Notes: a model not told the origin generated them from the sequence alone. A stretch of 61,569 nt of DNA from Candidatus Omnitrophota bacterium (GCA_003528115.1 DOGZ01000022.1:24397-85965), one strand, 5' to 3'. Numbered from the stretch's first letter, positions 1 to 9,640 are shown. Translations and numbers: made by a program.

Positions 1-1743
1 GCGCATTTGCGCAATCATCTGGCCGGGTTCGTTTTTCAGCAGTTTCATCTTCTTTCCCGGACAACCGCCCTGGAAAATGTTCACCTGCCCTTGGTTTATG
101 CCGGAGAACACAACGATAGACACAAGGCGCGCCAGCGGCTGACAGAGGTTGGTCTCGCCTCCCGGGAAAACCATAATCCCAACGAGATGTCCGGCGGAGA
201 ACAGCAGAGGGTCGCCATTGCCCGCGCGTTGGTGAATGATCCCTTGATCCTGTTCGCGGATGAGCCTACCGGAAATTTGGATACGCGCAGCGAAGAGGAA
301 ATTATCAGGATTTTAGAAGCCCTGAACCTCCAGGGAAAGACGATCATCATGGTGACGCATGAGAAGGAGATTGCCGAACATGCCCGGCGTGTCCTGTTTA
401 TGCGGGATGGGAGGATAGTCTCGGATGAACGCAAGAAGGACGGGCAACGGGGTTCCTTGAATTTACCGTCGGAGACAACGCGGCAAAGGCAGAGACTTGA
501 AGAGGTCATGGCGGGTGTCACGCAGGGCGGCGCGAAATTTATGAACCATCTGCGCCTCGCGATGCAGGCGATCTTTTCGCACAAATTCCGGGCGTTTCTT
601 TCTATGCTGGGGATTTTGATTGGCGTGGGAGCGGTGATCGCGATGCTCGCCTTAGGAGAAGGGGCCAAGGCCTCCATTGAACAGCGCCTGGCGTCCCTCG
701 GGTCGAACCTGCTTTCCGTCCGGTCCGGATCTTCCAGGCTGCGGGGCGTCGCTCTGGAAGCGGGGGCCGTCACGCGTTTAACCATCAAAGATGCCGCGGC
801 CATCGCCAAATTGCCGTCCGTCAAAATGGTTTCTCCCAATGTGACGGGAAGAGCGCAAGTCATTTATGGTAATCTGAATTGGAACACCCGACTGGAAGGC
901 GTGGGGATCCATTATCAAACCATGCGTTCGTCCATCCCTGTCCTCGGTCGTTTTTTTACCGAGGAGGAATTACGGCGCCGGGACAAGGTGGCTGTTCTAG
1001 GCCTGACGGTCGCCAGGGAATTGTTTGGCGAGAGTAATCCCGTCGGGAGCATGATTAAGATCAACCGCGTCAATTTTCAGGTTCTCGGTGTTCTTCCGGA
1101 AAAAGGGGCGAGTGGTTGGCGGGATCAGGATGACGAGATTGTTATTCCATTGACGACGGCGATGTACCGTGTTTTGGGGAAGGATTACGTGGACGGCATT
1201 GATGTGGAGGTGCGCGGTCCCGAATTGATGGATCAGGCGCAGGAAGATATATTGGACCTGATTGTTCACCGGCAGCGATTGACGGGGAATGTCAAGGACA
1301 GCCTGGATATCCGCAATATGGCCGAGATCCAGGAAACATTGGCCAGCACGACCAAGACCATGAGTTGGCTGTTAGGGGCGATCGCCGTTATTTCCCTATT
1401 GGTCGGCGGCATCGGGATTATGAATATTATGCTTGTCTCCGTGACGGAACGGACTAAAGAAATCGGGTTGCGTAAAGCGATCGGGGCCAGGGCTTCGGAT
1501 ATCATGACGCAATTCTTGATTGAGGCCATTGTCATGACCGTCAGCGGCGGTTTGATAGGCGTACTTTTAGGGACCGGGATCGCCGTTCTTCTCTCATTTT
1601 TGGCCGGATGGGCGACTAAAGTTTCGCTCTTTGCCGTTGTTTTAGCCATCGTCTTTTCCATCGGGGTCGGGCTGATATTCGGACTTTGGCCGGCGCAGCG
1701 GGCGGCCAGGCTTAATCCTATCGAAGCCTTAAGGTATGAGTAA
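1..1743 (+). CDS. macB: MacB-type ABC exporter, fused ATPase and FtsX-like permease (5' end outside window)
   Basis: Frame open from nt 1. ABC signature MSGGEQQRVAIARAL, Walker B ILFADEPTGNLD, H-loop MVTHE. Followed by a TM helix, a ~230-aa periplasmic domain and a C-terminal FtsX-type TM bundle. Confidence 0.85.
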   Translation, partial: AHLRNHLAGFVFQQFHLLSRTTALENVHLPLVYAGEHNDRHKARQRLTEVGLASRENHNPNEMSGGEQQRVAIARALVNDPLILFADEPTGNLDTRSEEEIIRILEALNLQGKTIIMVTHEKEIAEHARRVLFMRDGRIVSDERKKDGQRGSLNLPSETTRQRQRLEEVMAGVTQGGAKFMNHLRLAMQAIFSHKFRAFLSMLGILIGVGAVIAMLALGEGAKASIEQRLASLGSNLLSVRSGSSRLRGVALEAGAVTRLTIKDAAAIAKLPSVKMVSPNVTGRAQVIYGNLNWNTRLEGVGIHYQTMRSSIPVLGRFFTEEELRRRDKVAVLGLTVARELFGESNPVGSMIKINRVNFQVLGVLPEKGASGWRDQDDEIVIPLTTAMYRVLGKDYVDGIDVEVRGPELMDQAQEDILDLIVHRQRLTGNVKDSLDIRNMAEIQETLASTTKTMSWLLGAIAVISLLVGGIGIMNIMLVSVTERTKEIGLRKAIGARASDIMTQFLIEAIVMTVSGGLIGVLLGTGIAVLLSFLAGWATKVSLFAVVLAIVFSIGVGLIFGLWPAQRAARLNPIEALRYE

Positions 1744-1770
1744 AAAGAATTTATTTAGGGAGAGAATTGT

Positions 1771-2406
1771 ATGTGCACCTTAACACATTTATTTGAAAAC
1801 AACCAACGTTGGTCAACGGCTCTTCAGAAACAGGATCCTGAGTTTTTTCTAAAGTTATCCAAACTCCAGACCCCGCGCTATTTGTGGATCGGTTGCTCCG
1901 ACAGCCGGGTCCCGGCCAATGAAGTGACGGGACTTTTGCCGGGTGAATTGTTTGTCCACCGCAATGTGGGCAACGTCGTTGTGCCGACGGATTTGAATTG
2001 CCTGTCTGTTATTCAATACGCCGTGGATGTCTTGAAGGTGAAGGATATTATCGTTTGCGGTCATTACGGATGCGGCGGTGTCAGGGCCGCGTGGGACGGC
2101 GCCCGGTTAGGCCTTATTGATAACTGGCTCAGACATATTCAAGATGTCGTCCAAGAACACGAGGTCCAGTTTAAACAGATCCAGGATGACAGCAAAGGCT
2201 TTGAGCGGCTTTGCGAACTCAATGTCATTGAGCAAGCCCTGAATGTGTGTCAAACGACGATTGTTAAGGATGCGTGGGGGCGGGGGGAGCCGTTGACGGT
2301 CCACGCGTGGATCTATGATCTGCGGGACGGGCTTTTAAAGGATCTGGGATTGTGCGTCAGCCGCGCCGTCGATGCGATTGCGGTCTACCGGAAGATCGTC
2401 CAATAA
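1771..2406 (+). CDS. can: beta-class carbonic anhydrase
   Basis: Zn-ligand motifs CSDSRVP and GHYGCGG; ~210 aa, typical Can/CynT length. Confidence 0.9.
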   Translation: MCTLTHLFENNQRWSTALQKQDPEFFLKLSKLQTPRYLWIGCSDSRVPANEVTGLLPGELFVHRNVGNVVVPTDLNCLSVIQYAVDVLKVKDIIVCGHYGCGGVRAAWDGARLGLIDNWLRHIQDVVQEHEVQFKQIQDDSKGFERLCELNVIEQALNVCQTTIVKDAWGRGEPLTVHAWIYDLRDGLLKDLGLCVSRAVDAIAVYRKIVQ

Positions 2407-2468
2407 AATTATGACTGCAGGACTTTAAAAAAATATTAACGTTTTGTGCACAAGGAGGTTCACGCCAA

Positions 2469-4328
2469 ATGACAGATAAGAAAGATACCATTCAGACATT
2501 CGAATACAAGGCGGAGATGAAGCGGCTGTTGCATTTGATTATTCATTCGTTGTACACCCATCCCGAGGTTTTTTTGCGGGAGCTTATTTCCAACGCCTCG
2601 GACGCCCTCAAGAAAGTCCGTTATCAACAGTTAACGGAAGAGGGCATGATTGATAAAGAGAAGGATCTTGAGATAAGGATTGAGGTTGATGAGACAACGC
2701 AGACGTTTTCGATTGAAGATAACGGGATCGGCATGACTCAAGAAGAGCTTATTCATAACATCGGGACCGTGGCCAGGTCGGGCACCCTGGAGTTCTTGCA
2801 GAAAATGAAAGAGGAGGGCAAGGATACGGCGGATTTTATCGGGCAATTCGGGGTCGGTTTTTATTCGGTTTTTATGGTCACGGAGCAAGTCACGGTTGAG
2901 ACGCGCCACGCGCATAAAGAGGCCCAGGGGCTGCGCTGGGTTTCCGGCGGTGAGGGGAATTATTCGGTAGAGCCCATCGACAAACCCGGCCGGGGGACAA
3001 AGATCACTTTTCAATTTAAAGAAGAGGCGAAAGAGTTTGCCGGCGAATCCAGGATCCAAGAGACGATCAGGAAATATTCCAATTTTGCCGATTTCCCGAT
3101 TTTTGTGAATAAGGTGAAAGTCAACACGGTCGAGGCCTTGTGGCGCAAGAGCGAGCATGAAATCACCCCGGAGGAAGTCAATGAATTTTATAAATTCATT
3201 ACCAATGATTACGAAGATCCTTTGGGACATTTGTCCCTTTCGATTGAAGGCGCGGAGGCTTCGTACAAAGCCTTAGTGTTTATCCCCGCGAAGGCTCCGT
3301 TTGATTTAATGAGGACGCGGGAGCATAAGACCATCCAGCTCTACACCAATAAAATTATGATTGTGGATGATTGTAAAGAGCTGTTGCCGGAGTATCTTCA
3401 GTTTATCCGGGGGGTGGTGGATACGGCGGATCTGCCTTTGAATGTCTCACGCGAAATGGTTCAATCCTCGCCGGTCCTGGGCAAGATTAAGTCCGGCATG
3501 ACAACGAAAATCATCCAATGGCTGCAACGGCTGGCGAATAAGGAAACCGAAAAGTATCTTTTATTTTATAAAACCTTTGGCCCGGTGTTTAAGACAGGCG
3601 TTAATACGGATTTTGCCAATCGGGAGAAGCTGATTGAACTTTTGAGGTTCGAGAGTTCCGCGTTAAAGGTCGGAGAGTTGACTTCCTTTAAAGAATATGG
3701 GGGGCGGATGAAAGAAAAGCAAAAGGAAATTTATTATTTGACCGGCGATACCAGGGAGCACGTCGAGCGGAATCCGAACCTGGAGTATTTTAAAAAGCAT
3801 GCTATTGAGGTCTTATTCTTGATTGATCCGGTGGATGTCTTTGTGGTGCCTTCGATCAGGGAGTATGACAAGAAACCGGTCAGGGCGATTGATCAGGGAG
3901 ATGTTGATTTGGAGATGGGCGACGGGAATAAGGACAAATCCGACGATTCTCTGTCTAAATCTCTTATCGGTTTATTCAAGGAAACGTTGAAGGATCAAGT
4001 CGAGGATGTGAAGATTTCTCGGCGGCTGGTGGATTCGGCCGTGACCCTGGTGATAGGGGCTCAGGGGATGGACCGGCAGATGGAGCGGATGATGAAGATG
4101 ATGGGCCAGGATGTTCCGGCGTCCAAGAGGATCCTGGAGGTCAATGTGGATCATCCCGTCATCCGGAATTTAGCGAGAAAATATATTTTGAATCCCTCCG
4201 ACATGCTTTTGAAGAAATGCATCACGCAGTTGTACGAAAGCGCCCAGCTCATGGACGGGGAACTCGCCTCCCGCAGTGATTACGTCAAGCGGATGATGGA
4301 AATTATGGAAGAAGCCACAAAGTCCTGA
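2469..4328 (+). CDS. htpG: molecular chaperone HtpG (Hsp90)
   Basis: N-terminal GHKL ATPase motifs (LRELISNASDALKK, DNGIGMT, GQFGVGFYS); 619 aa; full Hsp90 middle and C-terminal domains. Confidence 0.95.
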   Translation: MTDKKDTIQTFEYKAEMKRLLHLIIHSLYTHPEVFLRELISNASDALKKVRYQQLTEEGMIDKEKDLEIRIEVDETTQTFSIEDNGIGMTQEELIHNIGTVARSGTLEFLQKMKEEGKDTADFIGQFGVGFYSVFMVTEQVTVETRHAHKEAQGLRWVSGGEGNYSVEPIDKPGRGTKITFQFKEEAKEFAGESRIQETIRKYSNFADFPIFVNKVKVNTVEALWRKSEHEITPEEVNEFYKFITNDYEDPLGHLSLSIEGAEASYKALVFIPAKAPFDLMRTREHKTIQLYTNKIMIVDDCKELLPEYLQFIRGVVDTADLPLNVSREMVQSSPVLGKIKSGMTTKIIQWLQRLANKETEKYLLFYKTFGPVFKTGVNTDFANREKLIELLRFESSALKVGELTSFKEYGGRMKEKQKEIYYLTGDTREHVERNPNLEYFKKHAIEVLFLIDPVDVFVVPSIREYDKKPVRAIDQGDVDLEMGDGNKDKSDDSLSKSLIGLFKETLKDQVEDVKISRRLVDSAVTLVIGAQGMDRQMERMMKMMGQDVPASKRILEVNVDHPVIRNLARKYILNPSDMLLKKCITQLYESAQLMDGELASRSDYVKRMMEIMEEATKS

Positions 4329-4477
4329 GGCTTTACGGATTTCTCCACGCGTCTTGGAACACCAGCGCTCCGTAACAGAATTATTGATTAAGTTCTCCCC
4401 CTCCTTAATCCTCCCCACCGTCAGACTGGGGGAGGAAGGGTGGAGGTGAAAAAAAATTATGTTACAGTCTACCCGTT

Positions 4478-6886
4478 TTATTTCTTTTCAATGACAACAG
4501 CCCAATAGTCGTTGATTTTTTTTTGTTCCAGGATTGCGTGACCTTCTTCCCGCACGGAACCCGGCACGTTTTCGATCGGTTGGCCGTCGTCCAACCAGAT
4601 TTCCAGAAGTTCCCGCGGTTGGAGTTTAGCCAGTGCCATTTTGGTTTTGACGAAGTTCATCGGACAGGTCACGCCGCGGAAGTCCTTGACGATTTTGGGC
4701 AAGGAAGGCGGGGACGTCGTTATTTCCCGGGAAGGAAACGCGCCGGGGTGTTGAGGGACGCCGGCCGTTGGTAGAGCAGCGCATTCGTTAATCTTGAACT
4801 GGAACGCGTTGTCCATGATCTCGTAGAGAAGTTTTACGCGGTCCGCGAGGGCCAGGACGTCCTGGGCGCGCGCGCAGAGGGAGGCGTCGTTTCTTTCTCG
4901 CGCCATTTCCAGGAGAGGTTGAAAACGGCCCGCGACCAGGCCGGTGTGGATGAAATGGGTCGTGAAGTTTTCGTGGAGTTCTTTTTCCGTCTTGGGTTCG
5001 CAGCCCCGGGTGATCAAAAGCGCGCGGGCGGCGTAATAAACGATGGTCCTCAGGTGTTCCGGTTTCTTCTCAGGCGCTTCTCCGGCATCCAGTTTCTTGC
5101 GTGTTTCCTCAATCATTTTCAGGTCCATGTCGATTAAGTCGAACAGACCGGCGGAGCATTCGCCCTTGCCCCGGTCCGCCACGGAAAACAGTTTATCGGA
5201 ATCCCAGTCGAAATAGGTGTTCTTGTCTTCCTCGAAACTTGGGATCTCCTTGTATTGAGCGCAGAGTTTTCTTAGATCCTCTTTTCCTTCCCGCTCCAAG
5301 TAGGCCTCGAAATTTTTATGTTCTGAAGATTTGGAAAGATACCTTTTTAAGGCCTCTTGAATGAAGGCGGGGATGTCCCGGGCGCTGATCTCTCCCAATT
5401 TCTCGTTGAGTTTGGTCTCGCCGTCGCGGACCACGGCGCCGGCCACGACATTGTACGCCGGGTAAACCTTGTCGCCCTTCCGGGCCACCTTACCGAAAAA
5501 GCCCAGATGCGCGATCGGATGCTGGCCGCAGGCGTTGGGACAGCCGGAGATATTGATTCGGATATCGGAAAGAGTGTCCAGCGCCTTGGCCGGGATTTCA
5601 TAACGGCTTAAGGCCTTGATCACGGCGTTGGCCGCTGGGCGCGAGAGGCATATTCCTAACTGGCAGGTCGAGGCGCCGGCGCAGGAGATCATTTTGTCGA
5701 TGAAGAGCGGCCTGTTAAAATGATCCAACGTGTCTTTGAGAAAAAGATAGACGTTGCCCAGATATGTTTCAGGGATATTTCTGATTAAAAAATTCTGGTC
5801 CTTGGACATCCGCAGGACGTTTTCGCCGAACGGCCGCAGGAATTGCCCGAGTCGGACGGCCTGGGCATTGTCCAAATATCCCAGGTGAACAGGGACGATG
5901 ATCGAGAAGATGCCTTTTTGTTTCTGAGGCTGGACAAAACGTTTTTCCCATAATTCAAAATCATTTTGGTCTTCGATCTTGCCTTCCCTGAGGACGGGCG
6001 ACCGGCCGCTATTGTCGATCGCTTCAATAGTCAGGGGAGGGAGGTTTTGGGTCTTGACGGCTTGATACTCCTCGTCGAACCGTTTTTGAAATTCTTCAGG
6101 CCCCAGGGTGTTCCAGAGAAAACGCAGGCGGGCCGCGTGCTTGTTTTTGCGGTTGCCGTATTTCCAAAAGATTCTTTTGACCGCCGTGGTCACAGCGTAG
6201 ACCTGATCGTCCTCGATGAAATCCAAGAGAAAATGCCCCGCGTCGGATTTTGCCCCCAATCCACCGGCGACATAGACTTTAAACCCTTTTTGACCATCCT
6301 TGATCCGAGTGATGAATCCGACATCAGCGATCGTGGCATAGCCGCGGTCTTCTGAAGAACCGGAAAAGGCGATCTTGAATTTCCGTGGCAGTGTCCAGGA
6401 ATCCGACTCGGCAATCAACCGGCTTGTCAACGCCAGGGCGTAGGGCGTGGTGTCAAACGCCTCGTCCAGACTGATCCCCGCGTCTTCCTGGGACATGATA
6501 TTCCTGACGGTGTTTCCGCCGCCTCCGCGCGAGGCCAGGCCGGTTTCTTTCAACCCGCGCATAACGGGAATCAGGTTATCCAGGGTCACATAATGGATTT
6601 GAATCTCCTGGCGCGTGGTCAGATGGATTTTATCCGATCCGTAGCGCGTGGCAAGTTCGGCTATCTTGATCAGTTGCTCGGGGGTGATGCAGCCCGCGGC
6701 GCAACGCACCCGTACCATGTAGGTATCGCTCTTGCGCTGTTCGTACACGCCAAAAGGGACCCGGTGCAGTTTTAATTCCGCCGGAGACATCTCGCCTTGC
6801 TTGCATTTGGCGATCAGGCCCTCGAGCTCATTGATCTCCTGGTCTAAATTATCCGGTAAACGGTATTGGATTTGCATAGGACTCAC
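4478..6886 (-). CDS. ferredoxin-type sulfite/nitrite reductase fused to a C-terminal TusA/SirA-like sulfur-carrier domain
   Basis: NIR_SIR siroheme/4Fe-4S motifs (SCAGASTCQLGIC, SGCPNACGQH). A ~170-aa helical linker follows. The last ~70 aa are TusA-like (GVTCPMNFVKTK..LEIWLDDG) with the conserved Cys. Confidence 0.8.
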   Translation of the reverse strand: MSPMQIQYRLPDNLDQEINELEGLIAKCKQGEMSPAELKLHRVPFGVYEQRKSDTYMVRVRCAAGCITPEQLIKIAELATRYGSDKIHLTTRQEIQIHYVTLDNLIPVMRGLKETGLASRGGGGNTVRNIMSQEDAGISLDEAFDTTPYALALTSRLIAESDSWTLPRKFKIAFSGSSEDRGYATIADVGFITRIKDGQKGFKVYVAGGLGAKSDAGHFLLDFIEDDQVYAVTTAVKRIFWKYGNRKNKHAARLRFLWNTLGPEEFQKRFDEEYQAVKTQNLPPLTIEAIDNSGRSPVLREGKIEDQNDFELWEKRFVQPQKQKGIFSIIVPVHLGYLDNAQAVRLGQFLRPFGENVLRMSKDQNFLIRNIPETYLGNVYLFLKDTLDHFNRPLFIDKMISCAGASTCQLGICLSRPAANAVIKALSRYEIPAKALDTLSDIRINISGCPNACGQHPIAHLGFFGKVARKGDKVYPAYNVVAGAVVRDGETKLNEKLGEISARDIPAFIQEALKRYLSKSSEHKNFEAYLEREGKEDLRKLCAQYKEIPSFEEDKNTYFDWDSDKLFSVADRGKGECSAGLFDLIDMDLKMIEETRKKLDAGEAPEKKPEHLRTIVYYAARALLITRGCEPKTEKELHENFTTHFIHTGLVAGRFQPLLEMARERNDASLCARAQDVLALADRVKLLYEIMDNAFQFKINECAALPTAGVPQHPGAFPSREITTSPPSLPKIVKDFRGVTCPMNFVKTKMALAKLQPRELLEIWLDDGQPIENVPGSVREEGHAILEQKKINDYWAVVIEKK

Positions 6887-6892
6887 CTTGAT

Positions 6893-7288
6893 TTAATCCA
6901 TTATTTCTATTTTTTCATGTTCAACGACCGCGTTGACAATTTTATAAGATTGGACATCTTCCTTCCCGCCAGCCAAGGAGATAATCACATAGCTGATCGT
7001 CGGGTCATACGCGAGTTTAATATCTTCAGCCGATGGCCGGGCCGGTGAGGCCGGATGGCTGTGGTACACGGCGCATAATTCATATCCGCTGGCCCGGGCG
7101 TCCTTGAGCGCGGCAAACTGTTCCTGGGGATCAAAGGAAAAATGCTCGGCGCTGTGATCCATATTGGTTAACGCGTAATGCCGGTGGACGATCCCGTCTT
7201 CTCGGGCCAGATAGCCGCAGGCCTCCAGCGGCGCCTCTTTCCGGGCGTGTGCAATAATTTGGGAAAGCACGCCGCGTGTTATTTTCAT
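6893..7288 (-). CDS. JAMM/MPN+ metalloprotease (Mec+/HcyD/QbsD-like)
   Basis: JAMM motif EACGYL ... HSHPASPARPSAED. I place the start at ATG 7288 (MKITRG..), which overlaps the upstream stop as ATGA. The longer ORF from 7372 would overlap the E1 gene by 88 nt. Confidence 0.85.
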   Translation of the reverse strand: MKITRGVLSQIIAHARKEAPLEACGYLAREDGIVHRHYALTNMDHSAEHFSFDPQEQFAALKDARASGYELCAVYHSHPASPARPSAEDIKLAYDPTISYVIISLAGGKEDVQSYKIVNAVVEHEKIEIMD

Positions 7289-8097
7289 CCCGGAGGCCTC
7301 TTTAAGTCGCAGACCGGTTGCTCGGCGTCCACCAGGGTGGTGATGGTCGGGCTCTCGCCGCAGACAGGGCACTGTGGAGCACGATGCACGCGCGCTTGCC
7401 GGAAATTCATGGTCAGGGCGTTAAAGATCAGCAGTTTATTCGTCAAGAGTTCCCCGCATCCGGTTAAAAACTTTACGGCCTCAGCCGCCTGGATGGTGCC
7501 TAACATGCCGGCCACGGCCCCCAGAATCCCGGCTTGCGAACAGCTCGGCACGGCGCCTTTGGGCGGCGGGGAGTCGAAGATGCAGCGATAACAGGCCGAT
7601 CCCGGGACATAGGTCATGGTCTGCCCGTCGAATCTCAAGATGCCGCCGTGAGAGAAGGGTTTCTTGCCCATCACGCAGGCGTCGTTAATAAGGAACTTGG
7701 CCGGGAAGTTGTCCGTCCCGTCCACGATAAAGTCAAAATCTTTGATCAGGCCCAGGATGTTATCCGCCGTGGCCCGTTGATGAAACGCGAGCACACGGAC
7801 GTCGGGATTGATCTTTTCGATCTTTTCCTTGGCCGAAAGCACCTTGGGCCGGCCGACATCCGGCGTGAAATGAATGACCTGCCGCTGCAGATTACTTAAT
7901 TCTACGACATCTCCATCGACCAGACCGATGGTCCCGACACCCGCGGCAGCCAGATAAAGCGCGGCCGGCGCGCCTAATCCTCCGGTCCCGATAATCAGGA
8001 CCTTGCCCCGCACGATCTTCTGCTGGCCTTCAACGCCGATATCTTTAAGGATGATATGGCGGCTGTAGCGTTCTAATTGTTCCTCGGTAAAATCCAT
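7285..8097 (-). CDS. ThiF/MoeB/HesA-family E1-like adenylyltransferase
   Basis: Nucleotide-binding GTGGLGAPAALYLAAAGVG..DGD..ELSNLQRQ. CxxC pairs (CYRC, CPVC) for structural Zn. The start shares one nt with the metY stop (TAATG). Confidence 0.9.
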   Translation of the reverse strand: MDFTEEQLERYSRHIILKDIGVEGQQKIVRGKVLIIGTGGLGAPAALYLAAAGVGTIGLVDGDVVELSNLQRQVIHFTPDVGRPKVLSAKEKIEKINPDVRVLAFHQRATADNILGLIKDFDFIVDGTDNFPAKFLINDACVMGKKPFSHGGILRFDGQTMTYVPGSACYRCIFDSPPPKGAVPSCSQAGILGAVAGMLGTIQAAEAVKFLTGCGELLTNKLLIFNALTMNFRQARVHRAPQCPVCGESPTITTLVDAEQPVCDLKRPPG

Positions 8098-9335
8098 TAT
8101 AATTCTCCCAACGCGGATTTGATATCGGCGATGATGTCTTCCGGCGCCTCAATACCGACGGATAATCGGATCATGGTTTCGCGCACGCCCATTTCGTTCT
8201 TAAGGGCCGGGGCGTATTCACAGAAAATCGTTGAGGCCGGATGCAGGATCAGCGTCCGGTTGTCATTTAAATTGGTGGCCCGACGGATAATTTTAAGCTT
8301 ATTCATGAACCTGAAACACTCCTCTTTGGAGTCCAGATCAAAGGTCAGAAGTCCGCCGGGTCTTGTCCCGAATTGTTTCTGGCATATTCTAAAGAATTTG
8401 GACGTCTCCAGTCCCGGATAGTTGACGCTCTTGACACGGCGTTCATTTTCCAGGAATTTCGCGATCTTCAAGGCATTCAGGCACGAGACATCAATCCTTA
8501 AAGGCAGGGTCTCCAGACCGATACTTTGCATAAAGGCGTTGTGCGGGGACAGGCAGGCGCCGAGATTCCGGTACACCTTGCGGCGCAGCCGGTTGATCAG
8601 GGTAAAGGGACCAAACTGCCTGGCATCCTCGGCGAATTGGGGATGCTTGCGCCAGTCATAGGTTCCGTTATCGATGATCAGACCGCCGACCGTTGTCGCC
8701 CCGCCGGAGATGTATTTTGTGCTGGAGAGGACGTCGATATCCACGCCGAAGTCGATGGAACGAAAGGCATACGGCGGGGTTAAAGTCGTATCGGCAATCA
8801 CCAGGAGGTTGCGCGCGTGCGCCAGATCCGCGATAGCCCGTATGTCTACGACCTCAAGCTGCGGGTTGGTCACGGTTTCAAAGAAAACAGCGCGGGTGCG
8901 GTCATCGATGAGCTTCTCGATTCCATCGAGCCGTGTCAGATCCGTGAACCTGGTTTCCAGCCCCCAGTCCTTGAGGGTGCTCATCAGCAAGGAATAGGTG
9001 TTGCCGAACAAATGTTTGCTGGACACAATATTGTCTCCCTGCCCCGCCACCGCTAAAAGCACATTGGCAATAGCGGCCATCCCCGAAGAGAGGGCGATCA
9101 CGCCCACGGCGTCGGTGACCGCCTTGATTTGTTGTTCAAATGCCTCGACCGTAGGATTGGTGATCCGGGAGTACGCATGCGCCGGTTTCTTGCGTTGAAA
9201 GGCGAGCTCGGATTCCTCAGCGGACTTAAACTCAAAAGCCACATTTTCATAGACCGGCATATGGAGAGAACCGTGAGGGTCTTCTTTAAGAAAGGGGTGA
9301 TGTAAAATTTTTGTGATAAATTTCAGATCGCTCAT
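8097..9335 (-). CDS. metY: O-acetylhomoserine sulfhydrylase-type PLP enzyme (Cys/Met metabolism family)
   Basis: 412 aa; PLP-lysine region LSSTKYISGG; N-terminal HxP.YxxxxF.. pattern typical of MetY/MetZ. Confidence 0.85.
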   Translation of the reverse strand: MSDLKFITKILHHPFLKEDPHGSLHMPVYENVAFEFKSAEESELAFQRKKPAHAYSRITNPTVEAFEQQIKAVTDAVGVIALSSGMAAIANVLLAVAGQGDNIVSSKHLFGNTYSLLMSTLKDWGLETRFTDLTRLDGIEKLIDDRTRAVFFETVTNPQLEVVDIRAIADLAHARNLLVIADTTLTPPYAFRSIDFGVDIDVLSSTKYISGGATTVGGLIIDNGTYDWRKHPQFAEDARQFGPFTLINRLRRKVYRNLGACLSPHNAFMQSIGLETLPLRIDVSCLNALKIAKFLENERRVKSVNYPGLETSKFFRICQKQFGTRPGGLLTFDLDSKEECFRFMNKLKIIRRATNLNDNRTLILHPASTIFCEYAPALKNEMGVRETMIRLSVGIEAPEDIIADIKSALGEL

Positions 9336-9365
9336 GGATTGATCGAATGGGTTGAGTGAATTGAA

Positions 9366-9596
9366 TTAAGAGTTGTGAAGTCCGTGAATGCCCCCGCCTC
9401 CCATAAAATAGAGAAAATCAATCTCGTCCGCGTCGTTCACCCGGGTTGTGGGATAGGCGGCTCTATTGACGAATTCGCCGTTGAGTTGGACCGAAACCAT
9501 GTCCGGCTGTTGCACACGGCTTATTTTCAACAAATCAGCGACCGTGAGCGTTGCTTGTTGGAAGACTTCTTCTTTGCCGTTGACTTTAATTTTCAT
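9366..9596 (-). CDS. ThiS/MoaD-family sulfur carrier protein with residues beyond the GG motif
   Basis: 76 aa, beta-grasp-like MKIKVNGKE.. start. The C-terminal sequence ..FMGGGGIHGLHNS has 7 residues after the last Gly-Gly. Confidence 0.75.
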   Translation of the reverse strand: MKIKVNGKEEVFQQATLTVADLLKISRVQQPDMVSVQLNGEFVNRAAYPTTRVNDADEIDFLYFMGGGGIHGLHNS

Positions 9597-9640
9597 AGAA
9601 AATAATCCTTCTTGAATTTACGGGCTGTAAAATTGACCAA

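Noticed and set aside
96-863. Long antisense ORFs inside well-supported genes (for example 96-863, 2631-3230, 17042-17536, 42476-43006, 44389-44919, 57697-58272, all opposite strand)
   Set aside because: They lie entirely within strongly supported coding regions on the other strand. They have Arg/Pro/Ser-rich low-complexity translations typical of shadow ORFs in GC-rich coding DNA, and no recognisable motifs.
4393-4452. GC-rich hairpin between the convergent htpG and sulfite reductase genes as a bidirectional intrinsic terminator
   Set aside because: The stem is plausible (CCTCCCCA / TGGGGGAGG), but the A-run follows it on the plus strand. Neither transcript would therefore end in a hairpin followed by a U-tract. 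Left unannotated.
6893-7372. The 159-aa version of the JAMM gene
   Set aside because: It would overlap the E1 gene by 88 nt. The internal ATG at 7288 gives an ATGA stop-start overlap and a product starting just before the conserved domain.
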